Shown here: piece after piece, positions 28,390 to 38,219 of the stretch | Layout of the letters: each line of letters begins with the position of its first letter | Numbering within the stretch: position 1 is the first letter of the stretch | NCBI GenBank assembly: GCA_016928395.1 | Contig: JAFGKV010000016.1 | Coordinates: 1 to 42,812, forward strand | DNA length: 42,812 nt | Direction of reading: 5' to 3' | From: Candidatus Fermentibacterota bacterium | GTDB lineage: Bacteria; JAFGKV01 | Translations under genes and position numbers: made by a program | The notes under the pieces: generated by a model | The model's database searches: none | The model's input: the letters and a program-made list of their open reading frames with translations, nothing else | What the model was told of the DNA's origin: nothing

Positions 28390-30414
28390 TTAGCCCGAGA
28401 CGTCGGACGTGGTAACCCTATCAGGGGCCTGATGCACGGTACACTGGATCTTGGGCTCGTCTCCCTCGCGGAACACCTCCTCGATAACCTCGGGGCATCG
28501 GGGGCCGCTGAGCTCACCGCTTCGGGTGCACACCGTCACCCTTACGATACCGGGAGGCTCAGAGAAACTCCGCGGCGGTAGCCCTTCATGAGCGGCCTTC
28601 ATGACATCGATCCACATGGGAAGGGCTGCCACGGCCCCGGTTTGCTTAAGGCCCAAGGAAAGGCGGAGGTCAAAACCCGTCCACACACCGCAGACATAGT
28701 CCGGCGTGAACCCGACAAACCACGCATCGCTGCAGTCGTTGGTCGTGCCTGTCTTGCCCGCAGCGGGGCGTTTGAACCCGCTATAGGCAATGGAAGCCCC
28801 CGTACCCGACTTCACAACGCTCTCCAGAAGACTTGTCATAATGAAGGCGGTGCGGGGGTCGATGGCCTCTCTGACCTCACGATGCGCCGAGTACACCAGT
28901 GCGCCATTCCGCTCGATCCGGGTAATGAACACCGGTTCAACCAAGAGCCCGGTGTTGGCAAACACTGAGTATGCCCGCACCATCTCCAGGATTTTGACCT
29001 CGACGCTGCCGATGGCGATGGATGGCACGGGCACAAGCGGCGTCGTCAGCCCGAATCGCCGTGCATACTGGATGACCTGGTCGACTCCAACCGCTTCCAA
29101 AAGCCGCACGGAGCATACATTGCGGGATTCTCGCAGAGCATGACGAAGGGTGATCTTCCCCTTGAACTGTCCGTCGAAGTTCCTCGGGCGCCACACATCG
29201 TTGTGCAAGGGAAGGACGATCGGTGAGTCCATCACGAAACTCGACGGGTAGAAGCCATTGTCGACAGCTGCGGTATAGACAATCGGCTTGAAAGCGCTTC
29301 CCGGCTGGCGGGGTGCGTCGATGGCGCGGTTGAACTGGCTCTGATAGAAATCACGCCCGCCCATGAACGCGCGGATGTGACCCGTCGCGGTGTCCATGAG
29401 AACCAACGCTGACTGCACATACCCCGCCGAATCCCCGTCGGAACGTTTGAAACGATAGCCTTGAGTCTTTTCTTTGGCGGTGAGGAACTGCTCGACGACG
29501 CTTTCTGCGTGGCTCTGGAGGTGATAGTCCAAGGTCGTGTGGACTACAAGCCCTTCGGTCATTAGCGCGTCAGTGCCCAGCAGGCCTACGACCTGTCGGC
29601 GCACGTAGTCCACGAAATACGGCGCCTTGGTAGGTCGAGAGCGGTCTGGCCCCAAACCCAAGGGCAAAGCCTTCAGGCTATCCGCCCGGGCCTGGCTTAT
29701 GACATTCACCCTTGCCATCCTCTGGAGCACCCGATTTCTCCGTGCAAGGCAGTTGTCTGGCTTGCGCCGAGGCGAGTACAACGACGCATTGGCGGCCACG
29801 GCCACCAAGGTGGCCGCTTCTTCTGGTTTGAGATCCGCTGCCGACTTCGCAAAATACTCTTGGGCAGCAGCTTCGACGCCGTAGGTGCCCTCACCCAGCC
29901 AGATCTGGTTGAGGTACATGGTGAGGATCTCGTCTTTTGTGTAGAGCCGCTCGATTCGTAGCGCCAGCAGCGCCTCTTTGATTTTCCTGGGGATGATCTT
30001 CTCATTGGAGAGGTAGAGACTCCGCGCCAACTGCTGGGTAAGCGTCGAGGCTCCTTGAGCGAAGCGACGCTCCTTGATGTCGGCGATGAGAGCACCGACC
30101 AGCCTGCGCAGGTTCAATCCCCAGTGTGACCGGAACTCCGTGTCCTCCATTGCCAAGAACCCGTCCACAAGCCATGGTGACACTTGGTCCAGCCGGAGGA
30201 CTATCCGGTTTTCCGTGTAGAACTCGTAGAGCACTTCATCGTCAGCTGACAGGATCCGCGTCGTCTTTACTTGCGGAGGCTGTTCAAGTGCCGACACGGG
30301 GGGAAGATCCGATGAGAATCTGCCCAGGATCCCAAAGACCACCACGGCCAGAGCGCACGTAGTAAACAACGCCGCGAAAACGATGCGCCGCAAGGCGCGA
30401 GTCCTATTCCACAC
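28390..30414 (-). CDS. Class A penicillin-binding protein (PBP1A family)
   Basis: Transglycosylase EDxxFxxHWG, GASTLTQQL and RKIKE; transpeptidase SAFK, SRN and KTG. Confidence 0.95.
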   Translation of the reverse strand: MWNRTRALRRIVFAALFTTCALAVVVFGILGRFSSDLPPVSALEQPPQVKTTRILSADDEVLYEFYTENRIVLRLDQVSPWLVDGFLAMEDTEFRSHWGLNLRRLVGALIADIKERRFAQGASTLTQQLARSLYLSNEKIIPRKIKEALLALRIERLYTKDEILTMYLNQIWLGEGTYGVEAAAQEYFAKSAADLKPEEAATLVAVAANASLYSPRRKPDNCLARRNRVLQRMARVNVISQARADSLKALPLGLGPDRSRPTKAPYFVDYVRRQVVGLLGTDALMTEGLVVHTTLDYHLQSHAESVVEQFLTAKEKTQGYRFKRSDGDSAGYVQSALVLMDTATGHIRAFMGGRDFYQSQFNRAIDAPRQPGSAFKPIVYTAAVDNGFYPSSFVMDSPIVLPLHNDVWRPRNFDGQFKGKITLRHALRESRNVCSVRLLEAVGVDQVIQYARRFGLTTPLVPVPSIAIGSVEVKILEMVRAYSVFANTGLLVEPVFITRIERNGALVYSAHREVREAIDPRTAFIMTSLLESVVKSGTGASIAYSGFKRPAAGKTGTTNDCSDAWFVGFTPDYVCGVWTGFDLRLSLGLKQTGAVAALPMWIDVMKAAHEGLPPRSFSEPPGIVRVTVCTRSGELSGPRCPEVIEEVFREGDEPKIQCTVHQAPDRVTTSDVSG

Positions 30415-30512
30415 TTTTTCGCCCTTGATGAGGTAAGATGATCTGCATCGACACTACAACCAAGTGGGAAAGTGACAATGGGTCAAGGCGTCGGAATGCT
30501 GCACGCGACCGG

Positions 30513-30541
30513 TTGACGCCATGAGAGACCAGGGATAGAAT
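30513..30541 (+). promoter_or_regulatory. Sigma70-like promoter for malic enzyme
   Basis: TTGACG-N17-TAGAAT. Confidence 0.6.
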
Positions 30542-30605
30542 GTCCGGGCAGTCCTTTCTGAGGAGTCTGTTCCTACACTTCACCCAACGCCCATGAGCGG
30601 GGAGG

Positions 30606-31961
30606 ATGACGATGAGCCAGCACCTACCTTCAGTCGAGGAACTTCTCGCCAAAGCGCAGAAACCCTCGGCAGACGCAATGGAACTTCATCCCTTCTACAA
30701 GGGCAAGATTGAGGTAGTTCCCAAGTGCTGCGTCCGCAGCATGGACGATTTCGCCATCTGGTATACGCCGGGAGTCGCCGCCCCGTGCAAGGATATCGCG
30801 AAGAATCCTGAAAAGGTTTTCGAGCACACGAACAAGGCCAATTTTGTCGCCGTGGTTTCAGACGGCACGAGAGTCTTGGGTCTGGGCGACATCGGCGCTG
30901 AAGCCGGGCTCCCTGTCATGGAAGGCAAGGCCCTCTTGTTCAAGTACTTGGGGGGCGTCGATGCTGTCCCCATCTGCCTCGGAACCAAAGACCCCGACCT
31001 TTTCATTCAGGTCTGCAAGGTCTTGACGCCGTCGTTCGGCGGTTTCAACCTAGAAGACATTTCCCAGCCCAAGTGCTTCCGGATCCTCGACACGCTACGA
31101 GCCGAGTGTGAGATTCCGGTATGGCATGACGATCAGCAGGGAACCGCGGCGGTCACTCTGGCCGGGCTTATCAATGCCGTGAAGTATGTCGGCAAGGACC
31201 TTTCCACCGTAAGAATCGCCCTGATCGGCGCCGGCGCCGCGAACATCGCGATCTCCCGGGTCATTATCTCCGGCGGAGTCACTCCGGCGAACATCGTGAT
31301 GGTGGATACTAGAGGCACTCTGCATGTCGATCGGGAAGACCGCGACAGTCTCCAGGCCAACTACAAGGAGAAATGGCACATATGCGAGATCACCAACGGC
31401 CGCCGCATACAAGGCGGTGTTCCGGAGGCAATGGAGGGTGCGGATGTGGTGATTGCCCTGTCCAAGCCAGGCCCGGGGACCATCAAACCTGAGTGGATCA
31501 AGCGGATGGCAAACGATTCGGTTGTGTTCGCCTGTGCGAACCCCGTTCCGGAGATCTGGCCCTGGGAGGCCAAAGAGGCGGGTGCTCGGATCGTGGCAAC
31601 AGGCCGGTCGGATTTCCCGAACCAGGTGAACAACTCCCTGGGCTTCCCCGGCATCTTCCGCGGCACCCTCGACGTCATGGCAAGGACCATCACGGACGAG
31701 ATGTGCATCGCCGCCGCCACCGAGCTTGCGAAGGTTGCAGAAGACAAAGGTATTCGGGAAGACTATCTCATTCCCACCATGGACGAGTGGGAAGTATACC
31801 CCCGCGAGGCCGCCGCGGTGGGCATGAAGGCCATCGAGCAGGGAGTGGCGCGGGTCACCATGACCCGAGAAGAGCTTCTTGCGGTGGCATCGGCCAAGAT
31901 CAAGCGCGCACGGGAGCAGACCCAGGCGCTTACCGAGCGGGGATTCATCGCTCTGCCTTAG
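30606..31961 (+). CDS. NAD(P)-dependent malic enzyme (no PTA domain)
   Basis: YTPGVA, VLGLGDIG, PVMEGK, NLEDI, HDDQQGTA, GAGAA and ATGRSDFPNQVNN motifs. Confidence 0.95.
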   Translation: MTMSQHLPSVEELLAKAQKPSADAMELHPFYKGKIEVVPKCCVRSMDDFAIWYTPGVAAPCKDIAKNPEKVFEHTNKANFVAVVSDGTRVLGLGDIGAEAGLPVMEGKALLFKYLGGVDAVPICLGTKDPDLFIQVCKVLTPSFGGFNLEDISQPKCFRILDTLRAECEIPVWHDDQQGTAAVTLAGLINAVKYVGKDLSTVRIALIGAGAANIAISRVIISGGVTPANIVMVDTRGTLHVDREDRDSLQANYKEKWHICEITNGRRIQGGVPEAMEGADVVIALSKPGPGTIKPEWIKRMANDSVVFACANPVPEIWPWEAKEAGARIVATGRSDFPNQVNNSLGFPGIFRGTLDVMARTITDEMCIAAATELAKVAEDKGIREDYLIPTMDEWEVYPREAAAVGMKAIEQGVARVTMTREELLAVASAKIKRAREQTQALTERGFIALP

Positions 31962-31977
31962 CGATCTATGACAACCT

Positions 31978-31997
31978 GGGGGGAGCCCGGCTCCCCC
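31978..31997. other. Intergenic GC hairpin without U-tract
   Basis: GGGGGGAGC-CCG-GCTCCCCC. Confidence 0.4.
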
Positions 31998-32010
31998 CCG
32001 AGGAGACTTC

Positions 32011-33225
32011 GTGAAGATAGGTATAATCAGCGACAGCCCAGTGCTCACCACCGGTTATGGGGTCGAGGTGAACTACCTGGCCGCGGAGCTGCATCGAATG
32101 GGGCAGCAGCCGGTGTGCCTGGGGCTTCACCAGCGATTCTCGGGGCCGGAAAAGGATCTTCCGTATCCCGTCGTCGTGCCCCACGCGGGCAGCGGTCCCG
32201 GGTTCACCTCCATCGGCCCGTTCTTGGTTGAGCACAAACCAGATGTCGTTCTCGTGGATCATGCGCTGCATACCTGTCGCCTGGTCGTGGACGCCATTCG
32301 CGACAGCGGTGTCCGCGTACCCACCCTTATCTGGTACACCATGGAAGGCGCGCCCCCCTACAAAGAGTGGATCCGGTCGGTGGTGCTCGCCGATCGTGCC
32401 GTCTCCCACAACCGCACCGGCGCGCTGGAAGCGCACCGAGTGGCCAATATCCCCGTGCGATGGGTACCCGCGGCGGTGGATCACTCGCTCTTCCATCCGC
32501 TGGAACGCCCGGAGCGGGAGCGCATTCGTCAAGTTCTCGGATGGAGCGGGAAGTTCGTGGTTATGTTCCTCGGTAGGAACATGTGGTCAAAGCAGCAGGC
32601 AATCCTCATCGAGGCAATGTCGCTGTTGAGGAGGCGTGAAGACCGGGATATTCTCCTCTACGTTCACTGCAAGCCTTTCGAGCAGTTCAGGGAAGGCGGA
32701 TGGGACCTTGTCGATCTGGTGAATCGAATGGATCTGCAGGACCGGGTGGTCTTCCCCGATGGCCTCACCGACCAGCGAGTCGGCTTGCCCGCGTCAGGAT
32801 CCCTTGAGATACCTGGGGTTGCCGCACGGTATGCCTCGGCTGACATCTTCTGCTCGGCATCCGCAGTCGAGGGCTTTGGCTTGGCCATACTGGAAGCCAT
32901 GGCCAGCGGCCTGCCGGTCTTGCATCCCGATGATGGCGGTACCATGAACGAGATAAGCGCCGACGCCGGATGGAGGATCCCGGTGCATGATCAGTATCTC
33001 ATCGCCTGGGGCTCGACCTATGTCAAGGTATCACCTCGGGCCGTTGCAAATGCCATCCGTGACGTCAGGGGGGTCCTCGCCAACCCCACACAGCGCGAAG
33101 ATTGGGCTCTTCGCCTTCAGCGGAGAGCATCCGCCTATCAATGGCCCGAGGTAGCCAGGGCGCTCTATCGTGAACTCCACCTTCTCCTGCGCAAGGGGCA
33201 AAAAGGAGGATGGCGAAAAGGATAG
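32011..33225 (+). CDS. Glycosyltransferase family 4, paralog of 12452..13666
   Basis: KIGIISDSP..TTGYG, RNMWSKQQ and EGFGLAILEAMASG motifs. Confidence 0.9.
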   Translation: MKIGIISDSPVLTTGYGVEVNYLAAELHRMGQQPVCLGLHQRFSGPEKDLPYPVVVPHAGSGPGFTSIGPFLVEHKPDVVLVDHALHTCRLVVDAIRDSGVRVPTLIWYTMEGAPPYKEWIRSVVLADRAVSHNRTGALEAHRVANIPVRWVPAAVDHSLFHPLERPERERIRQVLGWSGKFVVMFLGRNMWSKQQAILIEAMSLLRRREDRDILLYVHCKPFEQFREGGWDLVDLVNRMDLQDRVVFPDGLTDQRVGLPASGSLEIPGVAARYASADIFCSASAVEGFGLAILEAMASGLPVLHPDDGGTMNEISADAGWRIPVHDQYLIAWGSTYVKVSPRAVANAIRDVRGVLANPTQREDWALRLQRRASAYQWPEVARALYRELHLLLRKGQKGGWRKG

Positions 33226-33545
33226 CCGCGCTGCTTCTGGCGCTGGCGATCGGCTGCTCGCGGGATCGTTCTGCCGATGCACGCTTCGTCGATTTCTACG
33301 CCGATGTAGTGCATGCCCAAGGCACGGCATTTGACTCAGTCACCGCCGTCGATTCGGCTCTGGCCGTGGCGGCACGCCACGGGGTAACCGAGCAGGAACT
33401 GGCGGCGTTCCGTGAACGGATGGCCCGGAGCCCGGAGCAATGGGTCGACGTCTGGGAGCGCATGCAGGCACGTCTGCGCGAGCTTGAGACGGCGTCGAAA
33501 CCGAATGGCGACCCCGCTGCGCCGTCGCCCGGCGCGATACCGTAA
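33210..33545 (+). CDS. Small helical lipoprotein (possibly DUF4296-like)
   Basis: Lipobox LAIGC; RHGVT..E....PE.W pattern; GGAGG RBS. Confidence 0.65.
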   Translation: MAKRIAALLLALAIGCSRDRSADARFVDFYADVVHAQGTAFDSVTAVDSALAVAARHGVTEQELAAFRERMARSPEQWVDVWERMQARLRELETASKPNGDPAAPSPGAIP

Positions 33546-33561
33546 GCAGGCGGAGGGCCTG

Positions 33562-35400
33562 ATGTGGCCCCCATGGCCAACGATCCCTGACTGCCCTCCA
33601 TTCTTTCCTCACCGCTCTGCCGAAGCCCGCGCCGTGTACCGTGCATTGGGTTCACACTGGCTCCCATCCAACTGCCGGGGAAGCTGCGCGACCGCGCCCT
33701 TTACGGCCGCAGAGACGTGCTCCGGGTTCTACCCATGCCCCACCGAAGTCCCCGGAGTCATGGAGACAGCCGAGGAAGCCCTCGCGGGGCGATTTCGACT
33801 CTGGGCCCACCGCCTAGAACTAGGCACGCCGTCATGGCACGTGGATCCCCTCTCCGGGTATACCTGGCCCCATGATCGACATATCGTGATCTTCCCTCCT
33901 CAGGGGCCGCCAGGCGGGCTCCGGCGGGTCTGGGAGCTGAACCGCATGGCGTGGCTGTACGACCTCGCCCTGGCCTCTCACGCCAGCGGGCAAGGCGAGT
34001 TCTCTGCCGCGGGCTGGCGGCACGTTATCGACTGGGTCACGTCAAATCCTCCGGGCCTCGGGGTGAACTGGACGAGCCCTCTGGAGATGGCCATGAGAGT
34101 CCTGGCCTGGCTGGCATTCATGGACATTTCTGGAACCATCCCACCGCCCGAGTTTCGAGACCAGTTCTGGGAAAGCGTGGCGGCACAGACACGCCATGCG
34201 GCGTGGCATCTCTCCTTGCGACCCGCGCCGAACAATCACCTGGCTGGCGAGGCACTGCTGCTGCTGGCGGTAGGGCGCCTGTGTCCCTGGATAGCCGGGG
34301 CGACCGCATGGGCCAGACTGGGACGTGATCTGCTCGTCTGGGCTGTTGACTCCTGCGTGCTCCCTGATGGCGGACCCGCGGAGGGATCTTTGGGCTATCT
34401 CATGTTCGTGCTGGAGATCTACTGGCTGGCTGATCGAATCCTCACGCATACCGGCGGCCTGCCATTTCCCGCGCACGTCCAGAATCGCCTCACGGCCGGG
34501 TGTGCGGTCGTGAATCAAATGGCGAATCGAGCATGGGCGCCATGCCTGGGTGACTCCGACGAGGCAACCATGTTTCCATGGCTTCCCTCGCTCGCCCACC
34601 GCGCCGGATGGCTTCAGGAGGGTGCCGGATCCTGGGGCTCTCCAGCCACGCGCGTAGACATTTCGGACACACGGTCCGCGTCCCCACATGATTCGGTGTG
34701 CGATGCCTGGGCCTCGGCGAGCAGGGGCGACTTCACCGTTGTCTATGCCGCCGGCAGGCTGGGGCTCCCTCCCCTCTACGGCCACGGCCATGCCCATGCC
34801 CTGAGCATTCTCCTCTGGCTCCGGGAAAGGCCCGTGCTCATCGACCCAGGCACATACTCCTACGCCGAACAGCCGTGGCGCGACTACTTCAGGTCAACCG
34901 CGGCCCACTCCACCGTGGAGGTGGAAGGAGTCAGCCAGGCCGTTCCTCTGGGCGATTTTCAATGGTGCGAACCCTATGCGTGCCGGTCGAGGCTCATACC
35001 CCATCCCGAAGCATGTGTCATGCGCGGGACTCATGACGGCTACCTCCGGCTACCGCAGCGCGTTCGGCACGATCGCAGGATAAAGCTCTGGCGCGGAGGC
35101 CTGGAAGTCGAAGATACGGCGCACGGCCGCAGCCGCTTTGTGGCCCGGCTCCATTGGCATGTTCACCCCGAGTGGATCGTGTGCGCGATGGATGGCAAGA
35201 GCGCCCTGCTCTCATGCGGCTCCGATAGGCTCTGCATCCGAATCGAAGGCCCCGGAAGGCTCACAGCCCACAGCGGAAGCTTGGAACCTCTTCTGGGGTG
35301 GTTCTCGCCCGGGTTCGAGCAGAGGCTGCCAACCACGACGCTGAGGGTTGAAGCTGCGGACTCCGCTATCCGCTGGCGAACCACGATACGCCGGCCATGA
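33562..35400 (+). CDS. Heparinase II/III-family protein
   Basis: VWELNR, NPPG.GVNW.S.LE, NNH, GDSD, HGHAHALS, DPGTY.Y, FRSTAAHSTV and HDGY motifs; GGAGG before ATG 33562. Confidence 0.85.
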   Translation: MWPPWPTIPDCPPFFPHRSAEARAVYRALGSHWLPSNCRGSCATAPFTAAETCSGFYPCPTEVPGVMETAEEALAGRFRLWAHRLELGTPSWHVDPLSGYTWPHDRHIVIFPPQGPPGGLRRVWELNRMAWLYDLALASHASGQGEFSAAGWRHVIDWVTSNPPGLGVNWTSPLEMAMRVLAWLAFMDISGTIPPPEFRDQFWESVAAQTRHAAWHLSLRPAPNNHLAGEALLLLAVGRLCPWIAGATAWARLGRDLLVWAVDSCVLPDGGPAEGSLGYLMFVLEIYWLADRILTHTGGLPFPAHVQNRLTAGCAVVNQMANRAWAPCLGDSDEATMFPWLPSLAHRAGWLQEGAGSWGSPATRVDISDTRSASPHDSVCDAWASASRGDFTVVYAAGRLGLPPLYGHGHAHALSILLWLRERPVLIDPGTYSYAEQPWRDYFRSTAAHSTVEVEGVSQAVPLGDFQWCEPYACRSRLIPHPEACVMRGTHDGYLRLPQRVRHDRRIKLWRGGLEVEDTAHGRSRFVARLHWHVHPEWIVCAMDGKSALLSCGSDRLCIRIEGPGRLTAHSGSLEPLLGWFSPGFEQRLPTTTLRVEAADSAIRWRTTIRRP

Positions 35401-35474
35401 ACGGAACGGCAGAACAAGCGAATGAGAAGGGCTCGACCTGCCCACTCTGAACTCCTCGCACAGCGAGCCTGAGC

Positions 35475-36065
35475 TCAGTCATCAGGATCTTCCCGGACCA
35501 GGGTTACCGCCAGGGTGCCTCCTCGATGCAAGGGCACCGATCTCGCAAGCCTGAATCCCGTCGTCCTGGCGAGATCCGCAATCCGGCGAGGAAACGAGAA
35601 TCGATCACGGAAGACAGGCCCGTAGCGCCCGGCGATGCGGTTGGCGATCCACCATAACGGTGGAAACTGTCTGTTCGGCGTGATGATGAGCACGCGCGCA
35701 CCGGGATTCATAACCGCTCGGGCACTGCGCAATAGGTCACGGGGGCGGGAGAAACGGTCCCAGCACTCCAGAATCAGAATACGATCTACCTCCCACGAGG
35801 CGGGGATACTCTTCTGGGCGTCGGCCACCAGGAATACGCAGTGGGCCAGTCCTTCGCCCTGCGCCATCCTGCGCGCCCGAGCAACCATGGTGGGATCCCT
35901 GTCGAGGCCCAACACTCGGTGCCCGTCCCGGGCCAATGACAGGCAGTAGCCGCCCATGCCCGCCTCGACGTGCACAATGGTCGCCGGTGCCGGGCCGATC
36001 CAATCGATCACGAATCGGCGGACTTCCTCACCACGATTTCCAGGCACGGCGTGGGATGCAGTCAC
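35475..36065 (-). CDS. Class I SAM-dependent methyltransferase (divergent motif I)
   Basis: VEAGMG, VLGLD, ADA and MNPGARVLIITPN motifs. Confidence 0.7.
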   Translation of the reverse strand: MTASHAVPGNRGEEVRRFVIDWIGPAPATIVHVEAGMGGYCLSLARDGHRVLGLDRDPTMVARARRMAQGEGLAHCVFLVADAQKSIPASWEVDRILILECWDRFSRPRDLLRSARAVMNPGARVLIITPNRQFPPLWWIANRIAGRYGPVFRDRFSFPRRIADLARTTGFRLARSVPLHRGGTLAVTLVREDPDD

Positions 36066-36067
36066 GT

Positions 36068-36529
36068 CTACAGTGCGAATGTCACCACACGCGGCCTGAC
36101 CAGCCGGGCAAAATCCTCATACCGCATCCTGATGAGTTCGCGGTGTGTTCCCGCATTGAAGGCAATCTCCTCGTCTTCTGCCAAGCGCTTGGCCGTGAAG
36201 ACTTCCATGTCGTACAGATTTCCGAAGGGCGGCATCGCCCCCAGCTCGCATTCCGGAAAGAGATCCCTGAACTCCGCCTCGCTCGCCAATTCGGCCTTGT
36301 CGCATCCGCTCGCGGTTGCCAGTGTCCCGAAATCAACCCGATACGAGGCCGGGAGAACCGCCATGGCCATACGGCCATCCAGCTTCACCATGACCGTCTT
36401 GGCCATTTCCTTGCCCGGAACGTGGGCAGAGGCGGCGATCTCCTGGGCGGTGTACGCCGGGGAGTGTCGGAGCGTGAGATACTTCACGCCGTGTTCATCG
36501 AGAAACGCCTTGACCTTTGACGCTGGCAT
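36068..36529 (-). CDS. YbaK/ProXp aminoacyl-tRNA deacylase family protein
   Basis: H..AYTAQE.A, AKTV, LASE.E, CELGAMPPFG and FNAGTH; AGGAGG RBS. Confidence 0.9.
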   Translation of the reverse strand: MPASKVKAFLDEHGVKYLTLRHSPAYTAQEIAASAHVPGKEMAKTVMVKLDGRMAMAVLPASYRVDFGTLATASGCDKAELASEAEFRDLFPECELGAMPPFGNLYDMEVFTAKRLAEDEEIAFNAGTHRELIRMRYEDFARLVRPRVVTFAL

Positions 36530-36981
36530 GATGCCCTCCTTGTGGCTGGGATGACTTGAGCTTTGGCCGTCTTCCATACCGAATACTACACGGCCGGCTT
36601 CCCATCCCCCAAACGTAGCATCCGACCTCGCGCGTGGTCAAGAGGCTCGGCGGTGTGCGGTGATGCCCGTAATGTGACGTCAGGCGAACAGCGCTCGGGC
36701 ATCGTATCCGCGTGCACAGCCGAAACTTAGGATTCGGGATCCGAACCGGCAGATACGGTGACGAGGCGAAAGAGTGAAGCTGTGCATGCCTCGAGCATTG
36801 TGGCTCAGCGACAGCGGCGGGCGGGGGAGATCCCTTCGCCGTCATCACGCTACTTGTGAAGAGGTATGCGGGATTCGAGCGGCGTAGCCGCTGCTCTGTG
36901 GAGGAGGTCCCGGGTGAGGAGCCTTCGTGAATTCAGTCATTACCGGCAAGACAATCCGGGAACCACCCTGGAGGATCCTCG

Positions 36982-37845
36982 CTAGGTCTTTGCAGGCGGT
37001 GAGTCTGAACCCTCCCAGCGGTCGAGCATCTCCTGTGCGGCCCGGTACCCCAATTCAACCGCCTCATCGAGGCGATGGACATCCTCAACACCGAAGCTTA
37101 CGTCGAGGTGCGGACGGATCAGAACCTCGGGCGGATCCATGGCCAGACGTGTCTCAGTGATGAAACGCTGCGGAATATCGAAAGACTTCATGAACAGCTC
37201 CACGGTGAGCGTGCGAAACTCCCGGTTGCTCAACCGTTTGAAAAAATTCACAATGCTGTGATCCTGCGTGAAATCCAGCGCGCGGTTATGCGGCGCTCCG
37301 ACGTCCACAGCCACGACCGGTGCCAGCGACATCGTCCGGACAACGTCGATAGGCAGGTTGTTCAGCAGGCCGCCGTCGATGAGAACTCGATCGGCGTGCT
37401 CGACCGGGCTCAGAATGCCCGGCAGCGCGCTTGTGGCCAACAGGGCGGGAACCAGCGGCCCGGTTCCCAGGACCACCAGCGTACCTCGCTGTACGTCCAC
37501 CGCCGTCACCTTGAGCGGGATGTCGAGATCGTCGAACGTATCACGAACGTGTTCCCGTAACAGCCGATCGATCCCCTTGCCGCCGACGATGCCACCCATG
37601 GCTCCGAAATCGAGAACATCCCTGAAGCGGATATCCTTGATGAGGTCGATGATGGTGCTCGACGTGTAGCCGGAACCGATCAAAGCGCCGATGACTCCCC
37701 CCATGGAGCAGCCCGAGATCGCCTCTATGGCGTAGGTGCGCTCCTCCAGGGCACGCAGAACACCGAGATGCGCAAGCCCACGGGCGCCGCCGCCACCAAG
37801 CGCGAGCCCGATTGATCTGCCGCGGGATTTCTGAATATCGCTCAT
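36982..37845 (-). CDS. Patatin-like phospholipase
   Basis: LGGGGARG, GCSMG and DGG motifs. Confidence 0.92.
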   Translation of the reverse strand: MSDIQKSRGRSIGLALGGGGARGLAHLGVLRALEERTYAIEAISGCSMGGVIGALIGSGYTSSTIIDLIKDIRFRDVLDFGAMGGIVGGKGIDRLLREHVRDTFDDLDIPLKVTAVDVQRGTLVVLGTGPLVPALLATSALPGILSPVEHADRVLIDGGLLNNLPIDVVRTMSLAPVVAVDVGAPHNRALDFTQDHSIVNFFKRLSNREFRTLTVELFMKSFDIPQRFITETRLAMDPPEVLIRPHLDVSFGVEDVHRLDEAVELGYRAAQEMLDRWEGSDSPPAKT

Positions 37846-38219
37846 TGAGGTCACTTCACTTTCCCTCACGAATACGGATGCCAAAGGAACGCTCATGAAC
37901 GGCAGAAAACCCTCCCCGCGCAAGAGCATTGGTCGGCGTGATCGACCGGAGGATCGCGCGACGCTGGGTCTCGGGAGTTGCCGTGCCTCCCCTTTCGCAC
38001 CTCCACGTCTTCATGATTAGCCCATTTGCCGTTTCGCAGTCTGAGCCTATCGCCCTTGATATGCGCGAAAACCTCTCGATGGCGTGCCAATCACGCCCCA
38101 TTCCCTTCCTTGAATCCAGTTGTCCTTTGCGGTTGTGCAGGTGAGGGCAACGATGCAACTTGTCAATGCGATGCTCTTCCGGAGACCCTTCGACCCATGT
38201 AACTCACAAGGATGCCCCC

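Noticed and set aside
38075-38095. Sigma54 promoter (TTGGCACG on the minus strand)
   Set aside because: The -12 TTGC element is absent.
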